A stretch of DNA of 64,000 nucleotides, taken from contig JAEOUE010000127.1 of the NCBI GenBank assembly GCA_016839515.1, positions 1 to 64,000 on the forward strand, in the 5' to 3' direction. Each line of letters starts with the position of its first letter. Position 1 is the stretch's first letter. A program made the translations under genes and the position numbers. Shown here piece after piece: positions 20,570 to 30,560 of this stretch. The DNA is from Candidatus Hodarchaeum mangrovi (GTDB lineage: Archaea; Asgardarchaeota; Heimdallarchaeia; Hodarchaeales; Hodarchaeaceae). The notes beneath the pieces were generated by a model that ran no database searches, had not been told where the DNA came from, and saw only the letters and a list, made by a program, of their open reading frames with translations.

Positions 20570-21214
20570 TTGAAACGTCTTTTCCGTGGGGTTTTAATTG
20601 TCTTCGAAGGTATAGATGGATCTGGTAAGACCACTCAGATTCAAAAGCTTGTTAAATTTCTGGAGAAAAAGAATTACCCTGTAATAGTGACTCATGAACC
20701 AAACCATAACTCACCCTATTATCAATTAATTAAAGATAAAGTAAAGAAGCATCGTGAGGGAACTGCTCCCGAACAAGAGCTAGAATGGTATATATTAGAT
20801 CGTAAATGGGATTTGGAGAATATAATTCTTCCTGCATTAAAAAGAAAACAGATTGTTTTGGTTGATCGCTACTTTCTTAGTAATGTTGCTTATCAAGGAG
20901 CTCTTAAAACACTGAGCTTAGAATATGTGCTTAAACAAAATGATTTTGCCATAAAACCAGATTTATGGGTAATATTAGATGTTCCAGTCTCCTTAGGACA
21001 ACAAAGACTTCGTTTACGGGAGAAAAAGAAGAATAACGATCAGTTAGAACTTGCCGAATATCAAGAAAAAGTCCGTGAAAATTATAAAAAATTGATTACA
21101 ATGAACATTGGAGGAGAGGTTCTTTGGATTGATGCAAGTATTAACGAAGAAGAATTAACCAAAATATTAGGAGAAAAGTTGATAATTTTTATTGATAAGT
21201 TTATTCATAATTAA
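20570..21214 (+). CDS. tmk: Thymidylate kinase
   Basis: FEGIDGSGKTTQ, THEP, DRYFLSNVAYQG. Confidence 0.93.
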   Translation: MKRLFRGVLIVFEGIDGSGKTTQIQKLVKFLEKKNYPVIVTHEPNHNSPYYQLIKDKVKKHREGTAPEQELEWYILDRKWDLENIILPALKRKQIVLVDRYFLSNVAYQGALKTLSLEYVLKQNDFAIKPDLWVILDVPVSLGQQRLRLREKKKNNDQLELAEYQEKVRENYKKLITMNIGGEVLWIDASINEEELTKILGEKLIIFIDKFIHN

Positions 21215-21229
21215 TAACTTGAATAAAGC

Positions 21230-21697
21230 TTATTTTCTCACTAAATTACGTGCTGATAATAAATATTTTTGCAAGTGTTTAACTGTTTGCTCTTTAAACT
21301 CTTCAACTTTTTCCCTTCCTTCTGCGGCGTCGTAGATTAAACTAGCTTGTTGCTGAATTTTAATATCTTTGATGATATTTTCGATATCCTTTGCGACATC
21401 CTCGTCCATTTCAAATTCCATTTTTCTGATTCTGACTAGTAGAGCTAGCGCATCAGTGAAATTTAATTCGTAAATCATTATTAAAGCTCGAATTACTAAT
21501 GATTGGGTAATCACTAGGTTTGCATTGTGTGTAGCATTCTCAATTTTCTTCAAAAAGGCCAGAGCAGTATGTACTTGCCCTTCTTCGAGATAACTTTTCG
21601 CCAACATGAAATTCCTAAAGTCTCTTAACTCCATCACGTTTTGAAGCGCATTTTCAATTCTAGAAAGAGTTAATTTTATATCTGAATCTAGAACCAT
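21230..21697 (-). CDS. Hypothetical helical (TPR-like) protein
   Basis: LAKSYLEEGQVHTALAFL TPR-like helix pair. Confidence 0.6.
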   Translation of the reverse strand: MVLDSDIKLTLSRIENALQNVMELRDFRNFMLAKSYLEEGQVHTALAFLKKIENATHNANLVITQSLVIRALIMIYELNFTDALALLVRIRKMEFEMDEDVAKDIENIIKDIKIQQQASLIYDAAEGREKVEEFKEQTVKHLQKYLLSARNLVRK

Positions 21698-21824
21698 TAA
21701 TGATCAGATTCTTTCTTTTATTAATGAATAATAAGGTTTTGGATAAGAAAAAAAAATCATTTGAATTGATTAGAAAAGGGACTAAAAATCCATTGGATAT
21801 TCAATATTAATAAAAAGGGAAGAT

Positions 21825-22103
21825 TTACTTTACCCGTTTAATAATATGATACCCAAACTTAGTTTTAACTGGAACTTGAGTCATCTGTCCCTTCTGCAGC
21901 TTAAATGCTTCTATTTCGAATTCTTTTACCATTTGACCTCGACCGAATTCCCCCAGATTTCCCCCTTTTTTTTTTGAAGGACAAGTACTATATTCACGGG
22001 CCATTTCTTCAAATAAAGCTCCACCATTAATTTTTTCGATTATTTCTTCCGCTAGACTCTTTTTTTCTACTAGTATATGTTTGGCTGTTATTTTATTTGA
22101 CAT
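21825..22103 (-). CDS. ppiC: Parvulin peptidyl-prolyl isomerase
   Basis: AKHILV, FEEMAREYSTCPS..GGNLG, GQMVKEFE, TKFGYHII. Start refined to ATG 22103. Confidence 0.92.
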   Translation of the reverse strand: MSNKITAKHILVEKKSLAEEIIEKINGGALFEEMAREYSTCPSKKKGGNLGEFGRGQMVKEFEIEAFKLQKGQMTQVPVKTKFGYHIIKRVK

Positions 22104-22220
22104 TATTACACCACAACATCTGAATTTATTCACAACTTTATAATTTATTAAACTGTCATTCTGAATAAACAGGTAATAAGATTGCATAATTTTCAAAGTT
22201 CTTTGCCAGGATAGAAAATA

Positions 22221-25200
22221 TTACTTTATTTGTCCTGTTAGTGTTGACCAATCATAACCTTGTTCTGTGATCCATGTATGATTCACAAATAAATGTATCT
22301 TATACCAACTAGTGATACCAATAATATCGTCTACACATACGAAATGTGTATTATTTGTTAACCAACTGTAAGATAGGGGATAATCTAGTGCATAGGCAGG
22401 TACATCCCAATGAGTTGAATCATTAATAACTACCCAGAATTTTATTGAAGAATGGGTCTGATAATAACTCTGCATCATGCTAGAGGAATTGTAAGAAAAC
22501 GGTACATTCCCAGTAGTTACGATCTCCTTTCCCAGATAATATCGCATAGCAAAATTAGATCCTGCTTCTGGTATAACCCAAGTGGAGTGGTTATAGTCTC
22601 CTCCATGATTTTTAATGTAAATTGACATCTCTTGAAAATGAAGGTCAAAAATCTGATTGTAGTGAGCAAGAGTAGTGACATTTATAAGCATTGCAGAGAG
22701 CATTAGAGACAGAATTAGTAAAGCCTGAGGTTTTACATGAGGCTTCAACCAATAAAGTGCTATTAGAAGCAGTATGATTCCTATAAAAGTGATTAATGGA
22801 GCTCCTAGTTCAATTGTATCTGAAATCCAAGAGAAATCGAAGCTTAATATGCTATCAAAAAAATCATGAACAACAAAATTATACAAAGGTGTCAAACTTT
22901 TAACCCATGCATCAATAAAATATCTATAGGCAAGACCAAAAGTTACAATGCCTGGAAAAGTTTTCAACCAGTTATTATTCATTGAAACATAGATAAAAGG
23001 GCCCAGTAGAACAAAGGCATATAGTAAAAAGAAGAAAATAGTATCAACTTGAGTTAGATTGATCTCGAATATAGCCATAAGAAGTCCTGAATAACCAAAG
23101 GCAAGTGCAACGATTACAGCTAGAATCCTGTCTATTCGATCCTCAACTATAAATCGCCAACGATCACCGGAATATAAGTATTCAATCCCTTTGGCAGAAA
23201 TAGCAAGATATGGGATTGCTAATGGAATGTAGTAGTAATTTAACTGAAATTGAGCTGGAAAAAATACAAACGGAATGGTTATTAACCAAGCGATTAATGC
23301 TGAACCTAATGCTGGATTTCTTTTGTCAGAAAAAAAGAATGCGTAAATACCTATAACAAATAATCCTCCAAAAAGAAGGATAACAAGAAGATAATCATTA
23401 AGCGCACTCCCAATGCTTTCAGGGAGTTCATAACTTGTAGCATGAGTGTATCGCCAACCAATATAATATTCAAAAAATAAAAATGTATATGTGACTGGAT
23501 TAGGTTTTTCAGGATCCCCTGCAAGTTCTCCTGGCACGCGAATACTCCAAGGGTAAGTACCATCAGCAATTTTTGCGTCCAAAGTTTGTACCCAAGAAAC
23601 GAATGGAAAGAAGCTGATAATAATCAAAGTAATAGCTAAACCTAAAAACATTAAATCATGTTCAAAGCCCATAAGTTCAGTTTTTTCCCTAATACGGGTT
23701 TTCAGATGCAAATTTTTTGTAAGAGAATTTTTAACTTTAGGAAAATATGTTATTCCTACAGTAAGAAGTAATGTTACTCCAACGCCAAATACAGTAATTT
23801 GCATGGCATCTCTGCTGAAAAAAGCCCCAGATATCAAAATTATGGCAAACCAAAAAGCGAACCATAATCCATAAATTCCTAAAGGAATTAAATCTAAACA
23901 CTCAATTATGAATTTGAAAAATCTCCTTCTACCAATAGAAATTTCTAGTCCTAATCCCATTATGAAAAAAAATACTATAAATGCTCCAATTAGACCAAAC
24001 AATCCAGAGAGTAGATCAAGTAATAATAAAAATAATGAAGTATTTGAAAAAAAATCTTCTAAAAATGTTAATGAGCTTAATAATCCTCCTCCTTCTGGTA
24101 TATGTTCTTCAGTCAAAGCTAGAGCAATCGCTATAAAGGGTTCTTCTAATCGATCATAGAAAACCTTTGCGATCATTCCTCCTCCAAAACTAGCTAGCGT
24201 ACTAGCAATAACTACTGAAATTAACCCAAATTTTTTTAATTTGGTTTTTAGTTCTAAATTTAACCCGAGAGTAGAGTGATAAATACCAATTATAATTATG
24301 TAACATGTAATACCTACTATTAAACCTATGAGTAAGCTACTCAATGGTAAAAAAGTAATTAAATAAGTAACGATAGATGTTAAGCAAAATGCGCTTATAG
24401 AAAGAATATTTTGGACACGAAAACCTTTTCCAACGTTATACTTAAATTCTGAATCATCATGTTTATAAAAACTTTTAACGTGTGGTTTTATTTCTTGGAA
24501 GAGAGTACGAAGATCATATAAGTCTACATGTCTTTCAATATAACGTATAAGTAAATAGATAACAATAGCAGGTGCAATAAGAATCCCCTGCCATGCCTTA
24601 GTAAGTAAATTTAATATATTTACAGCTGCTGCAACTATAAGCAATATATAGCCTTTTTTAGAACGTCTTTCAATGAAAACTGCATCTACAGCTCTTATAC
24701 TAAGAAGCATGACTAAGGCACCCATAAAAATTACAAAAGGATCAATGTAAGCAGTTCTACTATAAAAAGTCAAAAAGTAAGCCAGAGCAACTAATAATCC
24801 TGCAATTATATGGGCAGAGCGATTTTTAGCTTGATGACTGAAGAGGAAATAGATTATGATCGCTAAACCAGCACCTCCAATAATCACAATGCCCTTAGCA
24901 GCGAATGTGGTTCGACCAAATAAAGACATAAGGAATGCTCCACACCAAAATGCAAATGGAGGTTTATCAAAAAATTTAATTACCCCGCCTTCTGCAGGAT
25001 AATAAAGGGGAAGAAATAGATCAGATGGAGAAGGACCAAATGCCAACCGACTTGCAATTGCACTAAACCAGCCTTCATCCCACATATCGATACTAGAGAT
25101 ATATCCGATCTTTACCCAAAACGCAAGGAAACCAATCAAAAGAATAAATTTAAAAGAAGTAATTATGTGCCATAATTGCGATAAATACTTGTTTGTATTA

Positions 25201-25232
25201 CCTGGTTCATCTTTCAGATCAGATTCTGACAT
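22221..25232 (-). CDS. GT-C fold glycosyltransferase (ArnT/PMT-like, GT39/83)
   Basis: DMWDEGWF and FFDKPP loop motifs, many TM segments, C-terminal extracellular domain. Confidence 0.8.
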   Translation of the reverse strand: MSESDLKDEPGNTNKYLSQLWHIITSFKFILLIGFLAFWVKIGYISSIDMWDEGWFSAIASRLAFGPSPSDLFLPLYYPAEGGVIKFFDKPPFAFWCGAFLMSLFGRTTFAAKGIVIIGGAGLAIIIYFLFSHQAKNRSAHIIAGLLVALAYFLTFYSRTAYIDPFVIFMGALVMLLSIRAVDAVFIERRSKKGYILLIVAAAVNILNLLTKAWQGILIAPAIVIYLLIRYIERHVDLYDLRTLFQEIKPHVKSFYKHDDSEFKYNVGKGFRVQNILSISAFCLTSIVTYLITFLPLSSLLIGLIVGITCYIIIIGIYHSTLGLNLELKTKLKKFGLISVVIASTLASFGGGMIAKVFYDRLEEPFIAIALALTEEHIPEGGGLLSSLTFLEDFFSNTSLFLLLLDLLSGLFGLIGAFIVFFFIMGLGLEISIGRRRFFKFIIECLDLIPLGIYGLWFAFWFAIILISGAFFSRDAMQITVFGVGVTLLLTVGITYFPKVKNSLTKNLHLKTRIREKTELMGFEHDLMFLGLAITLIIISFFPFVSWVQTLDAKIADGTYPWSIRVPGELAGDPEKPNPVTYTFLFFEYYIGWRYTHATSYELPESIGSALNDYLLVILLFGGLFVIGIYAFFFSDKRNPALGSALIAWLITIPFVFFPAQFQLNYYYIPLAIPYLAISAKGIEYLYSGDRWRFIVEDRIDRILAVIVALAFGYSGLLMAIFEINLTQVDTIFFFLLYAFVLLGPFIYVSMNNNWLKTFPGIVTFGLAYRYFIDAWVKSLTPLYNFVVHDFFDSILSFDFSWISDTIELGAPLITFIGIILLLIALYWLKPHVKPQALLILSLMLSAMLINVTTLAHYNQIFDLHFQEMSIYIKNHGGDYNHSTWVIPEAGSNFAMRYYLGKEIVTTGNVPFSYNSSSMMQSYYQTHSSIKFWVVINDSTHWDVPAYALDYPLSYSWLTNNTHFVCVDDIIGITSWYKIHLFVNHTWITEQGYDWSTLTGQIK

Positions 25233-25315
25233 AGTTGATCATTATTAATGTTCTATACTTAAGTTTAAGTCTGTTTAGTTAACTTCTATTATATCTACAA
25301 AAAATACATCTAATT

Positions 25316-25735
25316 GTGAAGACTATGTCATACTGGGTATATTTTCTTTTTGTCGGAGATTGGAAAAGTGGAAATAACCGAAAAATCTATATAGGTTATA
25401 CAAAGCATTTAATAGGTCGACTAAGCCAGCATATCGGACTGAGTTCCATCAAGGGAGCAAAATTCACAAGAAAACAACCAATTGAACTTGCTAGAGTCGA
25501 AATATATGATATACAGAAAGAAGCTTTACAAAGAGAATGGCAACTAAAGCATAAAAGTCCTATGAACCAAAAATTCAATAAATTAAGATTGATTAATAAA
25601 TTTAAAGAGAAGTACCCAAGTGAGCTGCTCAAAATTAACAATTATCTTAAAGATTATTATGAATACCTTAATCTGGTAAGCAGGAATTTGTTAAATGAAG
25701 AAGCAAACCTTTTAGCAACATTAAAAAGGAATTAA
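25316..25735 (+). CDS. GIY-YIG nuclease (YhbQ/Slx1-like)
   Basis: YWVY...IYIGYT..RLSQH...GAKFT...EALQREWQLK. Confidence 0.88.
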   Translation: MKTMSYWVYFLFVGDWKSGNNRKIYIGYTKHLIGRLSQHIGLSSIKGAKFTRKQPIELARVEIYDIQKEALQREWQLKHKSPMNQKFNKLRLINKFKEKYPSELLKINNYLKDYYEYLNLVSRNLLNEEANLLATLKRN

Positions 25736-25878
25736 CTTTGATTTTATCCTATCCCTATGATTATATTGCCTATTAAATCTAATCTCAAAGCTGATAAATA
25801 TTCAAATAAAATTGATCTATTATTTGCATATCAAATAATTAAATTAAAAGGGGTATAAATTGGATGTGAAACAATCTT

Positions 25879-27306
25879 TTGGTTAATATTAATATTATTC
25901 TTTTAATAATTACAATAATTTTTTTCCTTATCCTTATAACAAGATATTTTGAAATTATTCCTAGCCTTTTAACACAATTTATGATACGCAATCAAACTTT
26001 TGAAAATTTAACTCCCCAAGATCTAGGATTAAATGCAGTAAATGTTTCTATCCCATTATCAGAGGCAGAAACGCAAGGATGGTTTTTCCCAGGTCCTGAT
26101 GAACAGGATGCTGTTATTCTTATGGTTCCTAGCTGGATAGAGACAGATAACTTTTCCAAATATTTTAGAACTGCTAATTTACTCCAAAAAATCGGATTTA
26201 ATGTTCTTATACCTCTTTATTATAAAATGGATGCTAATAACACTCAATCTATCAAACTCAATACCTCCACCAAGTATTTAAATCATGTTATTGAAAAAAC
26301 ATATGAATTTCTTATAACTTATCCTGGAATTAATAGAAGAAAGATTGGAATATATACGAACTCGTTCGGAAGCACCTTTGCTTGTTCGCTTGTCTATGAT
26401 TATCCAATTAAATCCATAGTTATTGAAGATGGTCCTATATCCTTTAACGATATGTTTACGGTGAACGCTTTTGGAAAAAATAAGGCCTTATATTTTATAT
26501 TTCGTGTTTTTTTCGGATTTTTTACCTTTCCTTTCTTTTGGTTGACTAAATGGCAATCAAACCATTCTCTCCGAAAAATTCGAGCAACACCTTCATTCCT
26601 CATAGCAAGTCGAGAAAATCAATTACAACCCCATAAATCAGTTTGGAAGAGTTATCAACGTCTATATAAACCAAAACAATTTTGGTTTGAGCATAGTATC
26701 TTACCGAACACCATAAAAGATGTCTGGAAAGAAGAGTACCTCCAAAAAATCAAACATTTTTATGATCGAAATCTAGCTGGATTAATACAACCTGAATTTC
26801 ATTTTGATTTCGTTGGAGGAAGGAAAGATAAAGGAAAATATCCTAATGAGATCACAATCACAGTAATGCCACCTCAATTAGCTGAAATTCCGCTTCAAAT
26901 CTTACTAGCTGATAATTCCAATCTTGAAGAACTTCGTATATATTTTACAGGTGCATCGAAAACTATACCAATCTCTCTTGACTTTAAACCAAAATATATG
27001 ACATTACTCCCTTTTTATGCCGTGGATAAAACTGAGTTATCATCATTCAAACAGTGGAAAAAAAGAGGTTTAGAATTTGGCTTACTAGCAACAATTGATG
27101 AACTATTACGGCAGCCATTATCTCAATTAAATCCATTATTAAATCGTTATTACTATTTAAAGAGTATCTTATTATTTGAACAAGGAGAAAAGAATTTAGC
27201 TAAACAAATATTAATTACCAAGATAGATGATGATTACTGGAAACAAAAATGCTTGAACGATTCAGATAGTAGACAAATTCTTGACAAATCTAATACTCTT
27301 TTTTAA
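25879..27306 (+). CDS. Membrane-anchored alpha/beta hydrolase-fold protein with C-terminal extension
   Basis: N-terminal TM, QGWFFP, KIGFNVL, nucleophile elbow IGIYTNSFG. Confidence 0.6.
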   Translation: MVNINIILLIITIIFFLILITRYFEIIPSLLTQFMIRNQTFENLTPQDLGLNAVNVSIPLSEAETQGWFFPGPDEQDAVILMVPSWIETDNFSKYFRTANLLQKIGFNVLIPLYYKMDANNTQSIKLNTSTKYLNHVIEKTYEFLITYPGINRRKIGIYTNSFGSTFACSLVYDYPIKSIVIEDGPISFNDMFTVNAFGKNKALYFIFRVFFGFFTFPFFWLTKWQSNHSLRKIRATPSFLIASRENQLQPHKSVWKSYQRLYKPKQFWFEHSILPNTIKDVWKEEYLQKIKHFYDRNLAGLIQPEFHFDFVGGRKDKGKYPNEITITVMPPQLAEIPLQILLADNSNLEELRIYFTGASKTIPISLDFKPKYMTLLPFYAVDKTELSSFKQWKKRGLEFGLLATIDELLRQPLSQLNPLLNRYYYLKSILLFEQGEKNLAKQILITKIDDDYWKQKCLNDSDSRQILDKSNTLF

Positions 27307-27331
27307 TACCTATTTTTGTCATTTCATTCTC

Positions 27332-27643
27332 TTAAAGTTTAGGAAGACCAGAATAGCAGGAAAACTGACAAAAATCACAATAAGGGGACTCTAACATCAT
27401 TAATTTACAAAAATAAATAGGAAATTTAGAATTTTTTTGATTGTTGCGATAAAAATACAAGCACTCAATATTGAAATTTCTTGCTACAGCCTCCTCAATC
27501 ACTCCATCCCCAAAATATTGATAATAAGGACAAGTATCTGGGCAATGTTCTATCCATGAATGGTATTCGAGACATAAAATCAGATTTTTCCTTTTTGAAA
27601 TAAGTCGTTTAAGACAAGATTTATTCATGAATAAATTCCTCAA
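27332..27643 (-). CDS. Small Cys-rich protein (two apparent 4-Cys units)
   Basis: C..C..CPDTCPYY followed by C..C..CDFCQF. Confidence 0.6.
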   Translation of the reverse strand: MRNLFMNKSCLKRLISKRKNLILCLEYHSWIEHCPDTCPYYQYFGDGVIEEAVARNFNIECLYFYRNNQKNSKFPIYFCKLMMLESPYCDFCQFSCYSGLPKL

Positions 27644-27702
27644 TGGATTCTATAAAGATATACAGAAGATCCCTTTAATACTCACAAAATTGCTTACCTA
27701 AA

Positions 27703-27719
27703 TTTCGAATATATAAACT
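27703..27719 (+). promoter_or_regulatory. TATA-containing 17-mer TTTCGAATATATAAACT, identical copy at 50413-50429
   Basis: Both copies are intergenic and ~50 nt upstream of a + strand ATG. Confidence 0.55.
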
Positions 27720-27770
27720 TCTAACACTATGTTCATTAGACATAAAAGAGCGTAACAATAGGTTAAAAGA

Positions 27771-28214
27771 ATGCAGAATCTTATACAAAACCCACAGAAT
27801 CTTATCTTTGAAAATCTATTTTTTTTTCTATCTTTAGGTAAATTTGACACAATTCTTACAAAAGAATATCCAAACTATGTTTATGAAGAATTTTTAATTG
27901 TTTCAGAACCATGGAAAGATCATTTATCTTATTTTGAGGAAATTATCCCAATTTTATTGGATAAAGAGCAAGAAAAACCCTTGCAAAAAGTAGAACTCTT
28001 TACAGAAATCAATTTTGTTATATATACTTCCCCTATGACGGGTTATTTAATTGGTTTAGGAATTAGATTTTTTATGGTAATAAGTAATCCCTTCTCGCTT
28101 TTAAATTTGGACCAAGAGCACAGATTACAAAAAAAGATGTATCTTCTTTCCCGAGGTATATTGAATTCAAATTTTCATCAAATCTCACAACTTGAAATAC
28201 ATATTCCAGTGTGA
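27771..28214 (+). CDS. Hypothetical protein
   Basis: 147-aa ORF, first of a three-gene + strand operon. Confidence 0.6.
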   Translation: MQNLIQNPQNLIFENLFFFLSLGKFDTILTKEYPNYVYEEFLIVSEPWKDHLSYFEEIIPILLDKEQEKPLQKVELFTEINFVIYTSPMTGYLIGLGIRFFMVISNPFSLLNLDQEHRLQKKMYLLSRGILNSNFHQISQLEIHIPV

Positions 28215-28220
28215 TAACCT

Positions 28221-29024
28221 GTGTTTTTCGTCACTCCTTCTTTTTTAAAAGAATTTAATAGATGTCCTCATGCTTTTTATTTACGAAGAATACAACACTT
28301 TGAATTAGGCTTCTCAAAGGAAGTTGAAATGGAAATAATAGCATATCGAAAGATAGAAGAATATACGAAAGCATTTTTCACCATCTTATTTAATCCACCT
28401 TTAAGTTACTCAGTTATCACTCATAGAGAAGAGATATCATATCTCTTAAAGGCAAGATTAACTTACAATTACTCATTAGAATCTTTGAACGAATTACTTG
28501 TTAGAAAATGTTTTAGCTTTCTCGGATGGTTAATACAAGAACTTTGGGTTATGTTACCAAAAAATAAAAGACACCAAAAATATATTCATCCAAATAAAAT
28601 TTATGAACTAATATTATCAGATCGATTGAAATTAAAAGGATGCCCTTCTCTAGTATTTTTACATCCAAATAATACTTATTTGCTTGTAATTCAATCTTTT
28701 AACTCGAATCCAATCTCAAATCGTCTTATAATTTCACAAGCTGCCATCTATTCCCAAATCTTATGGCAAAATGACAAAATAAAATCGAATGATTTTCTAT
28801 ATATCGATTATCAGAGCAATCTAATCATTTATAGGAAATTTGTGCAAAAAGACTATCAAATTCTTTCAGATTTCCTTCAAGAATTTCATGATACCATTGA
28901 AGATGAATTATTTGATTCTCCAAACACTAATAATTGTAAAACATGTGAATTCAGGCTAATATGTGAATTAACTGGTGATAAAAATCTCAACAATAATAGA
29001 CTTAATTTTAGAAGGTTTTCTTGA
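28221..29024 (+). CDS. Cas4/AddB-like PD-(D/E)XK-fold protein with Fe-S staple, catalytic residues degenerate
   Basis: NRCPHAFY, QAAIY and NCKTCEFRLIC retained; KGCPSLV and LVIQSF at the expected D and ExK positions. Confidence 0.7.
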   Translation: MFFVTPSFLKEFNRCPHAFYLRRIQHFELGFSKEVEMEIIAYRKIEEYTKAFFTILFNPPLSYSVITHREEISYLLKARLTYNYSLESLNELLVRKCFSFLGWLIQELWVMLPKNKRHQKYIHPNKIYELILSDRLKLKGCPSLVFLHPNNTYLLVIQSFNSNPISNRLIISQAAIYSQILWQNDKIKSNDFLYIDYQSNLIIYRKFVQKDYQILSDFLQEFHDTIEDELFDSPNTNNCKTCEFRLICELTGDKNLNNNRLNFRRFS

Positions 29025-29847
29025 TTTTCTTGTCTGGTACGCAGGAGAATTAAGTGGACCAGATATTATACTTATAGTATCTCATCAAGTATCTTACTAT
29101 ATAATTCTACAAATAAAATTAATCCTATTCCCTTTCATAAAACGACTATTAAATTATTTATTTTTTCCATTTAGATGGATTCATGTCTATTTCCATATAA
29201 CTGCTGCTAAAGAAATTTTAAATGAATTAGAGAAGAAAATAGAACAAGAAGATTTGGACCCGCTTCTTGATTCAGCCAATCTACGAGCTAGCTTAATTTC
29301 GGGATTAGATATTCCTGATGAGAACCCTGGATTGCTATTATCATTAAATAGATTGGAGCATGCAAAACGTGTAGTTTTTGCTCCTAGTCGCTTTGCATTA
29401 ATAGCTTTTATCGCATATCTCTTAGTTTCACCTATTCTATTATCTAACAAAATTGTTTCTACCCAGCTTGGGGCACTAATTCATTTATATTTTTTCATTG
29501 GAATTTTTAGCGTTTTGATGCCTTCTATTAATGATTATTACTTTCTCTTCCATACTCTTCTTTTAGAGATGAATATTCCTTCAAAATATTTTTATATGTC
29601 AATTATTGTCTATATAATAGTCATTTTCGATACAGTTTGGCGAACTACTGACTTTTTTCTCTCTGTTTTAATAGGAACTATCTTTTTTATTGCCTATTTA
29701 ATAGGATTATTTATAATAGGGTATTTGGGTCAAATCAGGAAAGGAAAGAATTCAGCTATCTATTGGCTTCCTCTAAAAAGCTTACGAGAACTTATCTCGA
29801 AAGAATCAGAAATAGATTTCCTTTCAATCGAAGATTTGGATCTATAA
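28975..29847 (+). CDS. Polytopic membrane protein resembling an M50/DUF3267-like metalloprotease lacking the catalytic Glu
   Basis: PFRWIHVYFH (HxxxH), FAP and MPSINDY motifs; several TM helices. Confidence 0.55.
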   Translation: MIKISTIIDLILEGFLDFLVWYAGELSGPDIILIVSHQVSYYIILQIKLILFPFIKRLLNYLFFPFRWIHVYFHITAAKEILNELEKKIEQEDLDPLLDSANLRASLISGLDIPDENPGLLLSLNRLEHAKRVVFAPSRFALIAFIAYLLVSPILLSNKIVSTQLGALIHLYFFIGIFSVLMPSINDYYFLFHTLLLEMNIPSKYFYMSIIVYIIVIFDTVWRTTDFFLSVLIGTIFFIAYLIGLFIIGYLGQIRKGKNSAIYWLPLKSLRELISKESEIDFLSIEDLDL

Positions 29848-29855
29848 ATTTTCTT

Positions 29856-30560
29856 TTATGGAAGCAGAGAGCTTTGAGATGATCCTATCGATATGTTAAA
29901 CAATTTTAATGTAACTCTAAAGGTGGTATTTACTTTTTCAATAAAAAAATGAATAGGTGAGAAATCATGCAATAAGGTTCCATAAATATTCGAATTTTCG
30001 GATTTATTTTCAATATCTGTTTTGTAGACAGTTGTTAAGATTGGTACTTTAGAATTTTCAGCAAGATATTTGAGATCAAGAAGATGTTCGAATATTCTTC
30101 TACTCCAGAATATTTTTTCTTTGTGAAAATACTTTAGAAAATTAAGTGGAGATCCAAATAACGTATCAATAATGATCAAATTAAACAAACAATTTGATTC
30201 TGTGAGTTCACGAAAATAAATTAGCTGTTCTAAAAGTGTTTCAGGACTGATAAAGGTTATGCTTTCTAACTTATCAGATGATAAGAATCTGGAAAAAATA
30301 GAGTAGCGAAGATTCCCAGAATGATCACAATAAAGAATTTTGATTTTTCTATCTTTTTTAAATGCCTGTAAAATACCTTGAAGACAAAAGCGCGACTTTC
30401 CACCCCCTGTATCTCCCCAAATAGTATGAATAAATCCAGGAATTAAACCTCCAATCTTCATATCAATAATATCAATCTCGAGAGGTATCGCATTTGTAGG
30501 ATTCCAAAGTGATATTAGATTGTCAAATGACTGTAAATGTAAAGTGACCAGCTCATTCAC
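29856..30560 (-). CDS. RadB/Rad51-paralogue-like RecA-fold ATPase
   Basis: GGLIPGFIHTIWGDTGGGKS (Walker A), ILYCD, LIIIDT (Walker B), LAENSKVPILTT; no N-terminal HhH domain. Confidence 0.78.
   Translation of the reverse strand: MNELVTLHLQSFDNLISLWNPTNAIPLEIDIIDMKIGGLIPGFIHTIWGDTGGGKSRFCLQGILQAFKKDRKIKILYCDHSGNLRYSIFSRFLSSDKLESITFISPETLLEQLIYFRELTESNCLFNLIIIDTLFGSPLNFLKYFHKEKIFWSRRIFEHLLDLKYLAENSKVPILTTVYKTDIENKSENSNIYGTLLHDFSPIHFFIEKVNTTFRVTLKLFNISIGSSQSSLLP

Noticed and set aside
28221-29024. CRISPR-Cas locus
   Set aside because: No repeat-spacer array and no cas1, cas2 or effector genes in the window.
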